A DNA stretch of 64,000 nt from Octopus vulgaris. Lineage: Eukaryota. Where the stretch lies: positions 36,952,001-37,016,000 of the forward strand of contig OX597838.1 of assembly GCA_951406725.2 (NCBI GenBank), read 5' to 3'. The position numbers were made by a program, and so were the translations under genes. The notes below the pieces were generated by a model. It ran no database searches and was not told the origin of the DNA. It saw nothing but the letters and a program-made list of their open reading frames with translations. Each line of letters opens with the position of its first letter. Positions within the stretch are counted from its first letter, which is position 1. Below are positions 1 through 11,992 of this stretch, piece after piece.

Positions 1-1470
1 GGTTGAAAATGGGAAGGATGACTTCCCTTTACAAATACTGATAGGGCACAGAAAGTGTGTTAATAGCCAGTTGAAGGAGGTGTCCTCCTGGGGTTATAAG
101 CTACGGTAGCATCCACCCTTAAGCGTTAGCCACATTTAAGTGGCAAATGTATATGTATGTATGTAAAAAGCTTTTTTCAGTTTTTATGTAAAAAGCTTTT
201 TTTCGCATTGTGATCAGCGATGTGTAATATCATCTGACAGCCTGGTCAGCCACATGATAAATTGATCCCATCTATGTACCTAGCTGTCTGTCTGTCTGTC
301 TGCTTGCCTGTGTGTGTGTTCTTGTGACCTTGCCTGCCTTAGCAGTGTGTCACTATTTCAAACAAGTGCCATTCACAATCTTTCCATGCAAACATGTACA
401 GCTATGGAGAAATAGGACACTGCTCGGAAACAGGTGAAGTTTGGTGACAGGAAGAGCATCTCATTGTAGAGTATCTGTCTCAAAGAGTTCTGTCAGAGCC
501 GAACAAGCACAGGCCAGACTGTGTATTGAAACTAAAACTATTACAACATGCAAAACACACATTAACATTTCAAAGATGCACAGAGACTGTTAAATTCACT
601 TAAATGCTTTTTCTTTGATGTTGAGTCAAAATGCTCCATGCACTGTGACCTGGCCACTAATGCACTGCATCTGGTTTGTGGTGACATTATCGATCTGCAT
701 ACATAGGTTCCAGAGTTATAAATTCTTACATCTACGTTGGTAGGTATTCAGGGTGGGTGCTTCACAGTTGGTCGGTTAAATTGGTATTTGGTTTTATTTG
801 CTAAAGGGTAAATAGCTAAATGTTAATAAAACGAAGTGGTGACATGATCCATTTGCACAGAGTCTCTCAACTTCACTTAAACCTTATTTTTTCTTTTTTC
901 ATTTGGTGTCAAAATATTCCATGCATTGTGATCTAGATACAAACACGCTTCATCACAAAGCTGTGATAAGATCTATTTGCTCCCTATAAATTCTACACAT
1001 TCTTAGAGCGGATAGTGACTGTTTGGCAGGAGTGACTTTAAAGGTTGATATACATTAAGATCAAATATTCAGCCCTTTTGATCCAAAATCGCCCGAGACA
1101 GCTTCTGGTTCTATGATACAAAATCCCTGTTTTGATGCATATGCAACCAAAGTTTTATGTAGGTATGATTCTTTCAAGCACCAAATATGAGCAGAGAGTG
1201 CTGTCATAAACTTTTTGTCTGGGATACTAAAACATTGCTTAAACTGTTAGTTACCAGTCTTGAAATCATAATCGGTTATTTGTTTCTATTTTTTTTATAT
1301 ATGTTCTTTTATATACATTCTTTTTTTTTTTTTTTTTTGTTTCATTGAGCACAACCATCGGGGATTGAAACCAAGAAATGTGGAGTTCCAATTTGAGAGG
1401 TTTTTTTTAGTTCCCTATATACATGTGTGTGTATGTACATATATAAACACACACACACACATATAATGTA

Positions 1471-1501
<31 letters not shown>

Positions 1502-1502
1502 T

Positions 1503-1584
<82 letters not shown>

Positions 1585-2123
1585 TATATATGTTTATATA
1601 TATATATGTATCTATATATGTGTGTTTATATGTATATATATGTATATATATATATATATGAGTATGTATATGTGTGTATGTGAATATATATGTATATATA
1701 TATATGTATACGTATATATATGTGTATGTATGTTTGTGTAATATATTTGCATATACTCATACACACATTCCCCCCCCATCTGCCTGCACACAAACATGTA
1801 TGTGTGTGTGTGTGTGCATGTATGTGCATATATATGTAAGCCATTTCTAAATTTTCTTTCATGTAGCTAGGGAAATTAAAATATATTCAATTTATGTATG
1901 TGAATTTAACTTCTGCACTTTGTCGAAATGCTTCAACATTGCAATTACCTGAGACTTAATCAGTTTTGTCTTGCAAGAATACGTTATTATTAAAGTCACT
2001 GGTAAACAAACAACATGTGATAACAATGTTTCCAGAGAACTGTATTACATGCAAACAACTGCATATATAATATATATATATGTGTGTGTGTGTGTGAATG
2101 TATATGTGTGTATATATATATAT

Positions 2124-2222
2124 AGGCGCAGGAGTGGCTGTGTGGTAAGTAGCTTGCTAACCAACCACATGGTTCCGGGTTCAGTTCCACTGCGTGGCAT
2201 CTTGGGCAAGTGTCTTCTGCTG
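2124..2222 (+). mobile_element. SINE family A, 5' tRNA-derived head only (3'-truncated)
   Basis: AGGCGCAGGAGTGGCTGTGTGGTAAG...GGTTCAGTTCCAC: Pol III A-box and B-box-like motifs, near-identical to many other copies in the window. Confidence 0.85.
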
Positions 2223-3170
2223 TGATGATGATCACACGCAAGTAACAATCGCACACAGGTAAGAAATAATTTAGCAATGATTGAACAACCAGGTGTATCA
2301 ATTTAATAATGCAACATAGAAATTCAAGTTGCCAAATATCACCACCGAGAATCTGGAAAAAACTTTTGATTCACCTTGGTGTACATTCATTCCTGGTCTT
2401 TTCATTGGAAAAAGCCTCTCCAAAGCAGAACTCTGCACAAGTGAAATAAAAACATACAAAAGAGAAAGTCAAGGAGGACAAAAAAAATAAAAACTGAAAA
2501 GCAAACAGAAAAAATTTGAAAAAATAATCTTTTAAATGTCCAGCCATATGATCAGAGAAACTAATTAGCTAATTAGTCAATTAATTATGCAATCATAACT
2601 AATTCGGTGTAAACAATAAAACCAAGCAATATTATTGCTAATCGATCAGAGTCTCAATCAGACTTCGGCTATTGAACCAAGGATGTAAAAAAACAAATCA
2701 AATGAATTTCAATTGTAACGCAATTGTAGGTTTTTTTTAATAACAGATGTCGTTTACTGTTTGTGTGTGTTGTTGTTTTGCACCAGGTCCAGGTCAATGC
2801 AGAGCAAACAAATTTATGCTCAAACAGTGTTCCAGCCATGCCCTCCTCCTGTGGTGTCTTTTAAAGAGCAACGAGGACAATGTTGTAATGAATGAAAGAT
2901 AATTAAAACACTAATAAAAATGAAATTAGAATATACAAACTGTAAATATAAAAATACAAAGAAACAGAAATGAATGAAATAGGAAATAAAAAAAATATGA
3001 ACGTATTAAAAAGTAAATATTAAATATAAAATACAAATAGAGAAAGTAGGTGAGAAGTGGCTAAGTGGTTAAGAAGATTGCTTTGTAACCATGCGGTCAG
3101 TTTGGGGTTTGGTCCTGCTGTGTAGCACATTGAGCAGTTGTTTTCCACTCTAGGTCCAGGCTGACCAATA

Positions 3171-3561
3171 CTCTCTTTTACTTGTTTCAGTCATTTGACT
3201 GCGGCCATGCTGGAGCGCCACCTTTAGTCAAGCAAATCGACCCCGGGACTTATACTTTGTAAGCCCAGTACTTATTCTATCGGTCTCTTTTGCCGAACCG
3301 CTAAGTGACGGGGACGTAAACACATCAGCATCGGTTGTCAAGCAATGCTAGGGGGACAAACACACAAACATATACATACACATACATACATATATATACA
3401 TATATACGACAGGCTTCTTTCAGTTTCCGTCTACCAAATCCACTCACAAGGCATTAGTCGGCCCGAGGCTATAGCAGAAGACACTTGCCCAAGATGCCAC
3501 GCAGTGGGACTGAACCCAGAACCATGTGGTTGGTAGGCAAGCTACTTACCACACAGCCACT
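3171..3561 (-). mobile_element. SINE family A, near full length
   Basis: Reverse complement of the ~400-bp consensus: tRNA-like head, internal (TA/TG)n, 3' ...GGCCGCAGTCAAATGACTGAAACAAGTAAAAGAG tail. Confidence 0.9.
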
Positions 3562-3634
3562 ATCTTGTGAGTGAATTTGTTAAGCATAAACTGTGGCGAA
3601 ATCTATTGTGTATATGTGTGTGTGTGTGTGTGTG

Positions 3635-3975
3635 AAGGCACAAGGCTCAGTGATTAGAGTGTCGGGATGACAATCATGAGATAATGAGTTCAATTCCTGA
3701 ACCAGGCTGTATGTTGTGTTCTTGAGCAAGACACTTTATTTCACGTTGCTCCAGTTTACATCTGTAGAAATGAGTTGCAACATCACTGGTGCCAAGCTGT
3801 ATCAGCCCCTTTGCCTATCCCTTGGATAACATCGGTGGCATGGAGGAGAGGAGAGGCTATTTTGCATGGACACCAGCTGATCTTCTATAAATGGCCTTAC
3901 CTGGACTTGTGCCTCAGAGGGGAACTGTCTAGGTGCAATCCCATGGTCATTCATGATCAAAGGGGGTCTTTAACT
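3635..3975 (+). mobile_element. SINE family D (tRNA head, CORE-like centre, unique tail)
   Basis: GGCTCAGTGATTAGAG...GAGTTCAATTCC head, then GTGTTCTTGAGCAAGACACTTTATTTCACGTTGCTCC. Second copy at ~11685-12243. Confidence 0.75.
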
Positions 3976-3996
3976 TTTACCTTTATATATATATAT

Positions 3997-4394
3997 AGGC
4001 GCAGGAGTGGCTGTGTGGTAAGTAGCTTGCTACCCAACCACATGGTTCCGGGTTCAGTCCCACTGCGTGGCATATTGGGCAAGTGTCTTCTGCTATAGCC
4101 CCAGGCCAACCAATGCCTTGTGAGTGGATTTGGTAGACAGAAACTGAAAGAAGCCTGTCGTATATATGTATATATATATATATGTGTGTGTTTGTGTGTC
4201 TGTGTTTGTCCCCCTAGCATTGCTTGACAACCGATGCTGGTGTGTTTACGTCCCCGTCACTTAGAGGTTCGGCAATAGAGACTGATAGAATAAGTACTGG
4301 GCTTACAAAGAATAAGTCCCGGGGTCGATTTGCTCGACTAAAGGTGGTGCTCCAGCATGGCCACAGTCAAATGACTGAAACAAGTAAAAGAGTA
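3997..4394 (+). mobile_element. SINE family A, full length
   Basis: Complete head-to-GTAAAAGAG-tail match to other copies; inverted relative to 3171-3561. Confidence 0.9.
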
Positions 4395-4426
4395 TATATA
4401 TATATAAATATATCAAATAAATTAGT

Positions 4427-5320
4427 ATACAAGAAGATGAAATGAAAAAGCTTTATTAAAAAATCACTACAATTGTTTCAATGTATCTTTAGCTGCTATT
4501 CATTTATGAATATTACATATATGCATTATTGCATTAATATGATGTAACAATAGCTGCCTGGAAGCCCATTTTCAGGTGAGTAGGGCCTAACAGTACTCAT
4601 CTGAAGATGTGAATGTGTACAGCTGTTGTTTGATCATATCAATGCAATAATGAGTATAATATTGGGTTGTCCGGAAAGTTCATGCCGATTTTTAAAGGAA
4701 AGAAAAAGGTCAATAAATACTTGCCATTACACTTTTAATCAACCAAATATGAACCATTTTGTTGCACAATGCGTCTCCATGTTTCCTTTAACTTGAAAAT
4801 ACCCGCTTCCCAGAATTGAAGGGGTTTCATGGCAAAGAATTCATCAGGTATCTTTTTACATCATCCAAGTAATTGAAATTTTTACCATTAAGACTATTCT
4901 GCAGAGACCTGAATAAGTGGAAATCCGAAGGAGTAATATCTGGTGAATACGGAAGGTGGGGTAACACATCCCAGTCGAGTTGCAGCAATTTTTGTCTGGT
5001 TCCCAAAGCATCAAGTGCTGAAAGTGAACTTTCTTATCTTCCATTTTAAAGGGTTACAGAATTAACACAGGTTACAGGAAGATAAACCTTCTTCCACGAG
5101 AAGATAGCTTAAACTGTGCTCTAAATGGAGGTGTAGTGAAATCCTATTTTATGGACTCAACCATGTTCTAAAATAAGTCGAAAGGTAAGCTACTATAAAT
5201 TGGCACGAACTTTCTGGACAACCCAATATATGTAATGTTATACAATTAGCAACTGATACTGATACATCAAAATAACTGTAGCGATTTCTAATAAAACCTT
5301 TTCATTTCATCTTCCTGTAT
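4427..5320. mobile_element. Fold-back pair of Penelope-like termini with degenerate HHR motifs; right arm interrupted by a mariner element
   Basis: 4427-4585 is a diverged reverse complement of 4595-4660 plus 5228-5320. Minus arm reads CAC-CTGAAAA...GAAACAATTGTA-GTG. Confidence 0.6.
4662..5226 (-). mobile_element. Internally deleted mariner DNA transposon
   Basis: TIRs TTGGGTTGTCCGGAAAGTTCATGCCGATTT / AAATTGGCACGAACTTTCTGGACAACCCAA, flanked by TA. Minus strand encodes LDWDVLPHLPYSPDITPSDFHLFRSLQNSL...WRRIVQQNGSY (mariner YSPDLAPSD region). Confidence 0.92.
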
Positions 5321-5597
5321 TAAAATTCTTTTGTATAGACTCTATGAATACTCATAGGTTTCCACATGTGCATCCAGGAAGGGAAGTCCTACAGAATGAT
5401 AACATCTGGTAGCCAATCCCCAAAGATGAGATTTGGACAGCATGCCATAAGGTTATTACCCAGATATCATTAAGTATATGTGTGTAAGCGTGTCTTTGTT
5501 GCCTCCCCACCACCACGACAAATTGACAGCTACTGTTGGTTTGTTTACATCACCCTAACTGAATAGTTAGGCAAAAGATGCTGATAGAATACATAAT

Positions 5598-5763
5598 AGG
5601 CGCAGGAGTGGCTGTGTGGTAAGTAGCTTGGTAACCAACCACATGGTTCCGAGTTCAGTCCCACTGCATGGCATCTTGGGCAAGTGTCTTCTGCTATAGC
5701 ATCGGGCCGACCAAAGCCTTGTGAGTGGATTTGGTAGACGGAAACTGAAAGAAGCCTGTCATA

Positions 5764-5814
<51 letters not shown>

Positions 5815-6020
5815 ATATGTTTGTGTGTCTGTGTTTGTCCCTCTAGCATTGCTTGACAACCGATGCTGGTGTGTCACTTAGCGGTTCGGCAAAAGAGACC
5901 GATAGAATAAGCACTGGGCTTACAAAGAATAAGTCCCGGGGTCGATTTGCTCGACTAAAAGGCGGTGCTCCAGCATGGCCGCAGTCAAATGACTGAAAGA
6001 AGTAAAAGAGTAAAAGAGTA
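5598..6020 (+). mobile_element. SINE family A, full length, nested in an older degenerate family A copy (~5478-6075)
   Basis: Full consensus match; TAATAGGC occurs at both junctions; the flanks continue an older copy. Confidence 0.85.
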
Positions 6021-6323
6021 ATAGGCTTTAAACAAAATAAGTGCTGGGGTCAATCTGTTCCAGTTAAACCCTCCGAGATGAACAAATCATTCCTGGTCCA
6101 TATCTTTTAATCTAGTATTCATGATATTGACCTCTTTTGCTGGAGTCATTAAGCTACAGAGATGGAAACAAGCAATAGTGTGTGTTATACACAAACATGA
6201 GGATGCACTCCGCTCCTATAAATATATTTATATATATAATTATTAATAGTAGGGAATTTAATTCTGAGTCCACAGGGGAGAGAAATTCAATTGAGTGGTA
6301 CTAAAATGAATTTCCCACTGTAT

Positions 6324-6373
<50 letters not shown>

Positions 6374-6530
6374 GTTAGGTTTAAGAGACAGAACTGCTGT
6401 CAATCAACTCAATCAACTTTGAACATTATCTATGAAAGAGATATTTAGTCTTTCATAGATAATGTCATTCAAACTTATGGTGGTTCTGTCTCTTAAAACT
6501 ATATATGTATGCATCTATCTATCTATCTAT

Positions 6531-6565
<35 letters not shown>

Positions 6566-6887
6566 TATATGGGAGTAATAGTATTCAATACACATAAAGG
6601 CTGAAATATAATTAATTTAATAAAATTAATAAATTTCACCTAGTAGTTTTTCCGGTATGGAAAAAACCATATTTGGTAAGGATTATATTAATTATAATGC
6701 TCAAAACCACATACCAAAAATATTAGAAATAGCAGCTAGATAGATCACTATTTCTACTACTTGCGGAGACTTTGTTACTAGAGGTAGAAATAGTGATCTA
6801 TCTGGCTGGTATTTCTAATATTTCCGGTTTTGAGCAACTTGTTGCAATTAACCCTTTATTATAATTAATATATATAGATATATATAT

Positions 6888-6942
<55 letters not shown>

Positions 6943-6966
6943 AAGATATATATATGTCTATATATA

Positions 6967-7188
6967 CATGAGGGGTACTGAAAAGTTCCTGGCTTTAAGA
7001 GCATTATGAAAGGCCTGGTTACAGGCCCAACTTTCTGAGTTCTTTTCTTTTACACAGCTTAGAAAAGCTGGAAGATCACTGCAATAAATATGTGAATCTG
7101 AGAGGTGAATATGTTGAATAAAATCATAATTAACTGATCCTCCTCTATTTACTTTTACCCAAAGACAGGAACTTATCAGCACACCCCT

Positions 7189-7190
<2 letters not shown>
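6967..7190 (+). mobile_element. Mariner-derived MITE
   Basis: Imperfect TIRs GAGGGGTACTGAAAAGTTCCTGGCTTT / AAAGACAGGAACTTATCAGCACACCCCTT; internal remnant LEKLEDHCNKYVNLRGEYVE* resembles a mariner C-terminus. Confidence 0.75.
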
Positions 7191-7222
<32 letters not shown>

Positions 7223-7249
7223 CATATACACACACACACACACAAGGGG

Positions 7250-7445
7250 ATGCTGTGACCGCGTGTGTACCGTTGTTGATTTTTTTTCCTCTGTCTTCCC
7301 TTCTCTGGATCTTTCCTTCTCCTATGTTTCCGACGAAGAGCTCCGCTCGAAACGTTAAACCCTCCTTCTTTCCTGAGCGTCCAATAATACTATATTTGTT
7401 CCACGTCCTCGCGTTGTTGTGTTTTCATGTTTGGATTAACTTTGT
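7250..7445 (+). mobile_element. Penelope-like terminal fragment with minimal HHR motif at 7326-7360
   Basis: GTTT-CCGACGA-A-GAGC TCC GCTC-GAAACGTTA-AAC. Related fragment at ~51515-51670 has the motif deleted. Confidence 0.65.
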
Positions 7446-7487
7446 GTGTATATATATATATATATACGGGAAGGTTTATGAAGGCAG

Positions 7488-7630
7488 GTTTACGAAAATA
7501 AACAAAAGACGAAGGCAGGTGGAGTACAAACAAACAATTGTATTAGTATGGCGCTCAGGAATAGAAATAAAACACGTCTTTTACGTTTCGAGCCTATGCT
7601 CTTCGACAGAAAGATACACAGAAAAGAAAC
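7488..7630 (-). mobile_element. Penelope-like terminal fragment, same family as the 3' end of 16055-17960
   Basis: Near-identical to 16060-16200. Minus strand reads TCTTT-CTGTCGA-A-GAGC ATAG GCTC-GAAACGTA-AAAGA. Confidence 0.75.
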
Positions 7631-8092
7631 ATATATATATATGATGGCCTTACACATGGCTTTTGTCTACCAAATTCCATCCTAGGGCATTGATTGGTCT
7701 GAAAACACTTGCCCAAAGTTCCATGCAGTGGGACAGAACCTGAAATCATCTGGTTACCAAGTGATCTTCTTAACCACTCTGCTATGCCTCTGCCTGTAAT
7801 AATGATTTTGAAAATTCTTCTCAATATAAATGATTGAGTGAGAAAGAAAGAGAGAGAGAGAAGGGGGGAGGGATAGGGAGCAGGGAGAAATGTAGGTAGC
7901 TAAAGAAAATAATTTACAGCCAAGATATTTACCATTCCAAACACAGATTAAACATTCTCTGTGTAGAATTCTTGTTAATTTCGTATACAACCGACTTCCC
8001 TCTCTCCTTCCACCCTCACACTCTCCTAAATTCTTTTTCTTTCTCTCCTTCTTACATTTTCTTATCTTTCATTTTCTTACTCTACAATACAA

Positions 8093-8093
8093 G

Positions 8094-8127
<34 letters not shown>

Positions 8128-8321
8128 CACACTCTATTTCTGTCTCTCTTTGTCTGTCTGTATGTCTCTCTCTCTCTCGCTACACACACACACACACACT
8201 CTATTTCTGTCTCTCTTTGTCTGTCTGTATGTCTCTCTCTCTCTCGCTACACACACACACACACACTCTATTTCTGTCTCTCTTTGTCTGTCTGTATGTC
8301 TCTCTCTCTCTCTCTCTCGCT

Positions 8322-8350
<29 letters not shown>
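8093..8350. repeat. Composite ~58-bp tandem repeat, three copies, built from (CA)n and (CT)n
   Basis: CACACTCTATTTCTGTCTCTCTTTGTCTGTCTGTATGTCTCTCTCTCTCTCGCTA repeated three times. Confidence 0.85.
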
Positions 8351-8352
<2 letters not shown>

Positions 8353-8944
8353 TGCATGAGAAACAATAAGAAAGAGTTGAAAATTTATTAAATTTTTATA
8401 CATACAAGCAAATGTTTGAATAAAACAAATTTTACTTCTTGACAGAAGGTAAACATTTTTATCATATATTTATATATTTGAACACACATAAACAACCCCC
8501 CCACACACACACACACACACACACATGTATATAAACTTCTCACTTTCTCATAGCTGCTATGATTTGGAGTTTCATGTTAAAATAATTATTTGACATGTGC
8601 AAAATGTGCATGTAAGGTATCTGAGTTGAATGACAATATTTTATTTTTATTTTTAAAATACATTTTTCCCCCCAAAAATGCATTTACATAGTTGTTCTGC
8701 AACAGCTACCTTTTCCTTTCTTTTTTTTTTTTGCTGCAGATTTTGACTCAGATCTGTAACATGTCTATCTGATGAGTGTGCAAACATTACCTTCACATGA
8801 AACTCTGTCTTGAGGCACCTGTGTTGTCATTACAATCATCATTAAAGCTTATTGTAGACCCTCACTATATTCATTGTAGAATATACTTTGCTTTTATTTT
8901 AAGAACCACAACAGAGTGTGTGTGTGTGTGTGTATAATCATCAT

Positions 8945-9255
8945 CCTCATCATATAAAACGTCGCCCTTTTCAAGCCTAGTCAGGCTCATGGGCCTGGTT
9001 TCCCGGTTTCTGTGGCGTATGTGTTCCCCCCGCCCCCGCTGGACAAGACGCCAGTCCATCGCAGCGTTACTCAAGAAACAGGAAGAGAGAGTGAGAGAAA
9101 GTTGTGGCAAAAGAGTACAGCAGGGATCACCACCACCCCCTGCCAGAGCCTCGTGGAGCTTTTAGGTATTTTCGGTCAATAAAAACGCACAACGCCCGGT
9201 CTGGGAATTGAAACTACGAGTCCGCTGCCCTGACAACTGGGCCATTGCGCCTCCA
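8945..9255 (-). mobile_element. SINE family C head with V-domain-like tail
   Basis: Minus strand GGAGGCGCAATGGCCCAG... head; tail CTGCGATGGACTGGCGTCTTGTCCAG...GAAACCGGG. Second copy at 42785-43075. Confidence 0.75.
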
Positions 9256-9949
9256 CTCATCATCATATACCACCCTTTTTTCCACAGTTTGACAGGAACA
9301 GATGAGCAAGGGGGAATCTGCCAGGTTCTATGTCTTCTGTGACAAGATAATCTCTTAACAGAGTGTGCTGGGTGCTTTTTATGTGGCACCAGCACTGGGG
9401 AGATCCCCAAGTATCTGAAATTGTTGTACTCAAGAAGACCCACCCACCACAACAGAATTGAGATCCTAAAACCAAGGTGCCATGTAAAAAGCATTGGTGT
9501 GAGTGTTGGTGCCACAGAAAAGGCATTGGTGACTATGCCTTATAAAAAGCACCTGGTATAGCCTGTAAACTGGTTGGCATTAGGAAGGGCATACAGCTGT
9601 AAAAACGAAGCTAAAACAGGCTATGGAATCCGGTGCAGCCTCTGCCCTTGCCAATTCCTATCAGGCCATCCAACCCATGCTTGTATGGAAAATAGTCCTT
9701 AAATGTTGATGATTATGATAATGATGTGCACCGAATCTCAACCATCCGACCCTTTCTTTAAAACACCCCCTTAACATGTCAGGTAAAATGCTTAGTGACA
9801 TTTCTTTTGGACCTTTATATTCTGGGTTCAGATACTACAGTGGTCAGCTTTGCCTATCATCCTTCTGGAGTTGATAAAATAAAAGTACCAGTCAAATACC
9901 GGAGTCAATATAATGAACTAGCCCTTGCTCTGAAATTCCTGAACTTACT

Positions 9950-10339
9950 CTCTTTCTCTTTTACTTGTTTCAGTCATTTGACTGTGGCCATGCTGGAGCA
10001 CTGCTTTTAATCGAGCAACTCGACCCTGGGACTTATTCTTTTGTAAGCCCAGTACTTATTCTATTGGTCTCTTTTGCCGAAACGCTAAGTGACAGGGACG
10101 TAAACTCATCAGCATTGGTTGTCAAGCAATGCTAGGGGGACAAACACAGACACACAAACACACACACGCATATATATATATACATATATACGACAGGCTT
10201 CTTTTCAGTTTCCGTCTACCAAATCCACTCACAAGGCTTTGGTCGGCCTGAGGCTATAGTAGAAGACACTTGCCTAAGGTGCCACGCAGTGGGACTGAAT
10301 CTGGAACCATGTGGTTGGTAAACAAGCTACTTACCACAC
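9950..10339 (-). mobile_element. SINE family A
   Basis: Reverse-complement match to the family A consensus. Confidence 0.88.
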
Positions 10340-10758
10340 ATTTCTTTACTGCCCACAAGGAGCTACATGCAGTGGGGACAAACAAGGACAGCCAAACGGA
10401 TTAAGTCAATTACATCGACTTCAGTGCGTAACTGGTACTTATTTAATCGATCCCAAAAGGATGAAAGGCAAAGTCGACCTCAGCAGAATTTGAACACTGA
10501 ACAATAGCAGCAAACGAAATACCTATTTCTTTACTACCCACAAGGGGCTACACGCAGAGGGGATAAACAAGGACAGACAAAGGGATTAAGTCATTTTACA
10601 TCGACCCCAGTGCGCGACTTGTACTTAATTTATCGACCCCGAAAGGATGAAAGGCAAAGTCGCCCTCGACGGAATTTGAACTCAGAACGTAATGGCTGAC
10701 GAAATACTGCTAAGCATTTCGCCCAGCGTGCTAATGTTTCTGCCAGCTTGCTGCCTTA
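10340..10758 (-). mobile_element. Two tandem SINE family B copies (probable Meta-type central domain)
   Basis: Minus strand GACTTTGCCTTTCATCCTTTCGGGGTCGATAAATTAAGTAC core. Related copies near 9785, 13045, 18730, 19508, 27379, 28950 and 47590. Domain name is recalled, not searched. Confidence 0.75.
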
Positions 10759-10779
10759 CAAAAGCTGTTTCTAGCATAT

Positions 10780-10993
10780 CTCTTTACTCTTTTACTTGTT
10801 TCAGTCATTTGACTGCGGCCATGCTGGAGCACCACCTTTAGTCGAGCAAATCGACCCCGGGACTTATTCTTTGTAAGCCCAGTACTTATTCTATTGATCT
10901 CTTTTGCCGAACCGCTAGGTGACGGGGACGTAAACACACCAGCATCGGTTGTCAAACAATGCTAGGGGGACAAAAACAGACACACAAACACAT

Positions 10994-11040
<47 letters not shown>

Positions 11041-11206
11041 TACGACAGGCTTCTTTCAGTTTCCATCCACCAAATCCACTCACAAGGCATTGGTCGGCCC
11101 GAGGCTATAGCAGAAGACACTTGCCCAAGATGCTACGCTGTGGGACTGAACCCGGAACCATGTGGCTGGTTAGCAAGCTACTTACCACACAGCCACTCCT
11201 GCACCT
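10780..11206 (-). mobile_element. SINE family A, full length
   Basis: Reverse-complement match to the consensus. Confidence 0.9.
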
Positions 11207-11716
11207 ATAATTACTTCTATTATTAAAATTTATATGTTTTCTGTATAGATACAAGACAACTAGGTAGAAGATAAGACAAGGGCTCCAGCATCTAGTTGCA
11301 GAAACAGATATAAATAAAGTCCTAGTTTTAATTCCATGTTGCTGCAAAATATTACACCTTCGTGGACATGTTGTCAAATTAGGCACTTTATTCTATTTCC
11401 ATTTTTGGTCTAATTAACAAAGACTAGAACTGCACTTACTGTTTCACTTTAATTACAACTAACTATAATCACATTTGTAATTATAGTGATTGTTTCTTTT
11501 TTTATTATTTATTTGTAGGTGAGTATCTTTGGATTAAATTCAAGAGAGTGTGAGATCAAAACCAGTCAGATAAGTGATGTTTATTAATGTTATCTGCTAT
11601 AATTTCTAATTTGCCAAAAAACATCACCATTTTCAGCTGTCAACACGAAACCATGTGGCTCTTTGATTTTGCATGTTCTGGGCTCAATGTTGTGTTCTTG
11701 AGCAACACACTTTATT

Positions 11717-11865
11717 GCATACATTATTTACATTTGACAGATATTTGTCCTCATCTTGTTTGTTGTTAATGCAACGTTTTGGCTGATATACCCACCAGCC
11801 ATCATCAGGTGTTTTGGGGAAATTTAGTACCTGGATTTTCATTCCTAAGGTATTTTTTGATGTTG

Positions 11866-11919
<54 letters not shown>

Positions 11920-11992
11920 TGGTCACTGCCTAGAATTGAACTCGGAATCTTAGGGCTAGTAACCCGCGCTCTTAACCACTATGCCATATGCC
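11717..11992 (-). mobile_element. tRNA head, (AAT)n spacer and HHR-bearing tail element inserted into a family D SINE
   Basis: CTTTATT duplicated at 11710-11716 and 11993-11999. Minus strand: GGGCATATGGCATAGTGGTTAAGAGCGCGGG...GAGTTCAATTC head, (AAT)n, then CAC-CTGATGA-TGGCTG..CAGCC-AAAACGTTG. Confidence 0.8.

Noticed and set aside
4568-4581. Second AG|GTGAGT recursive splice site
   Set aside because: The pyrimidine tract is short and the motif is explained as the antisense of an HHR-like core in a repeat.
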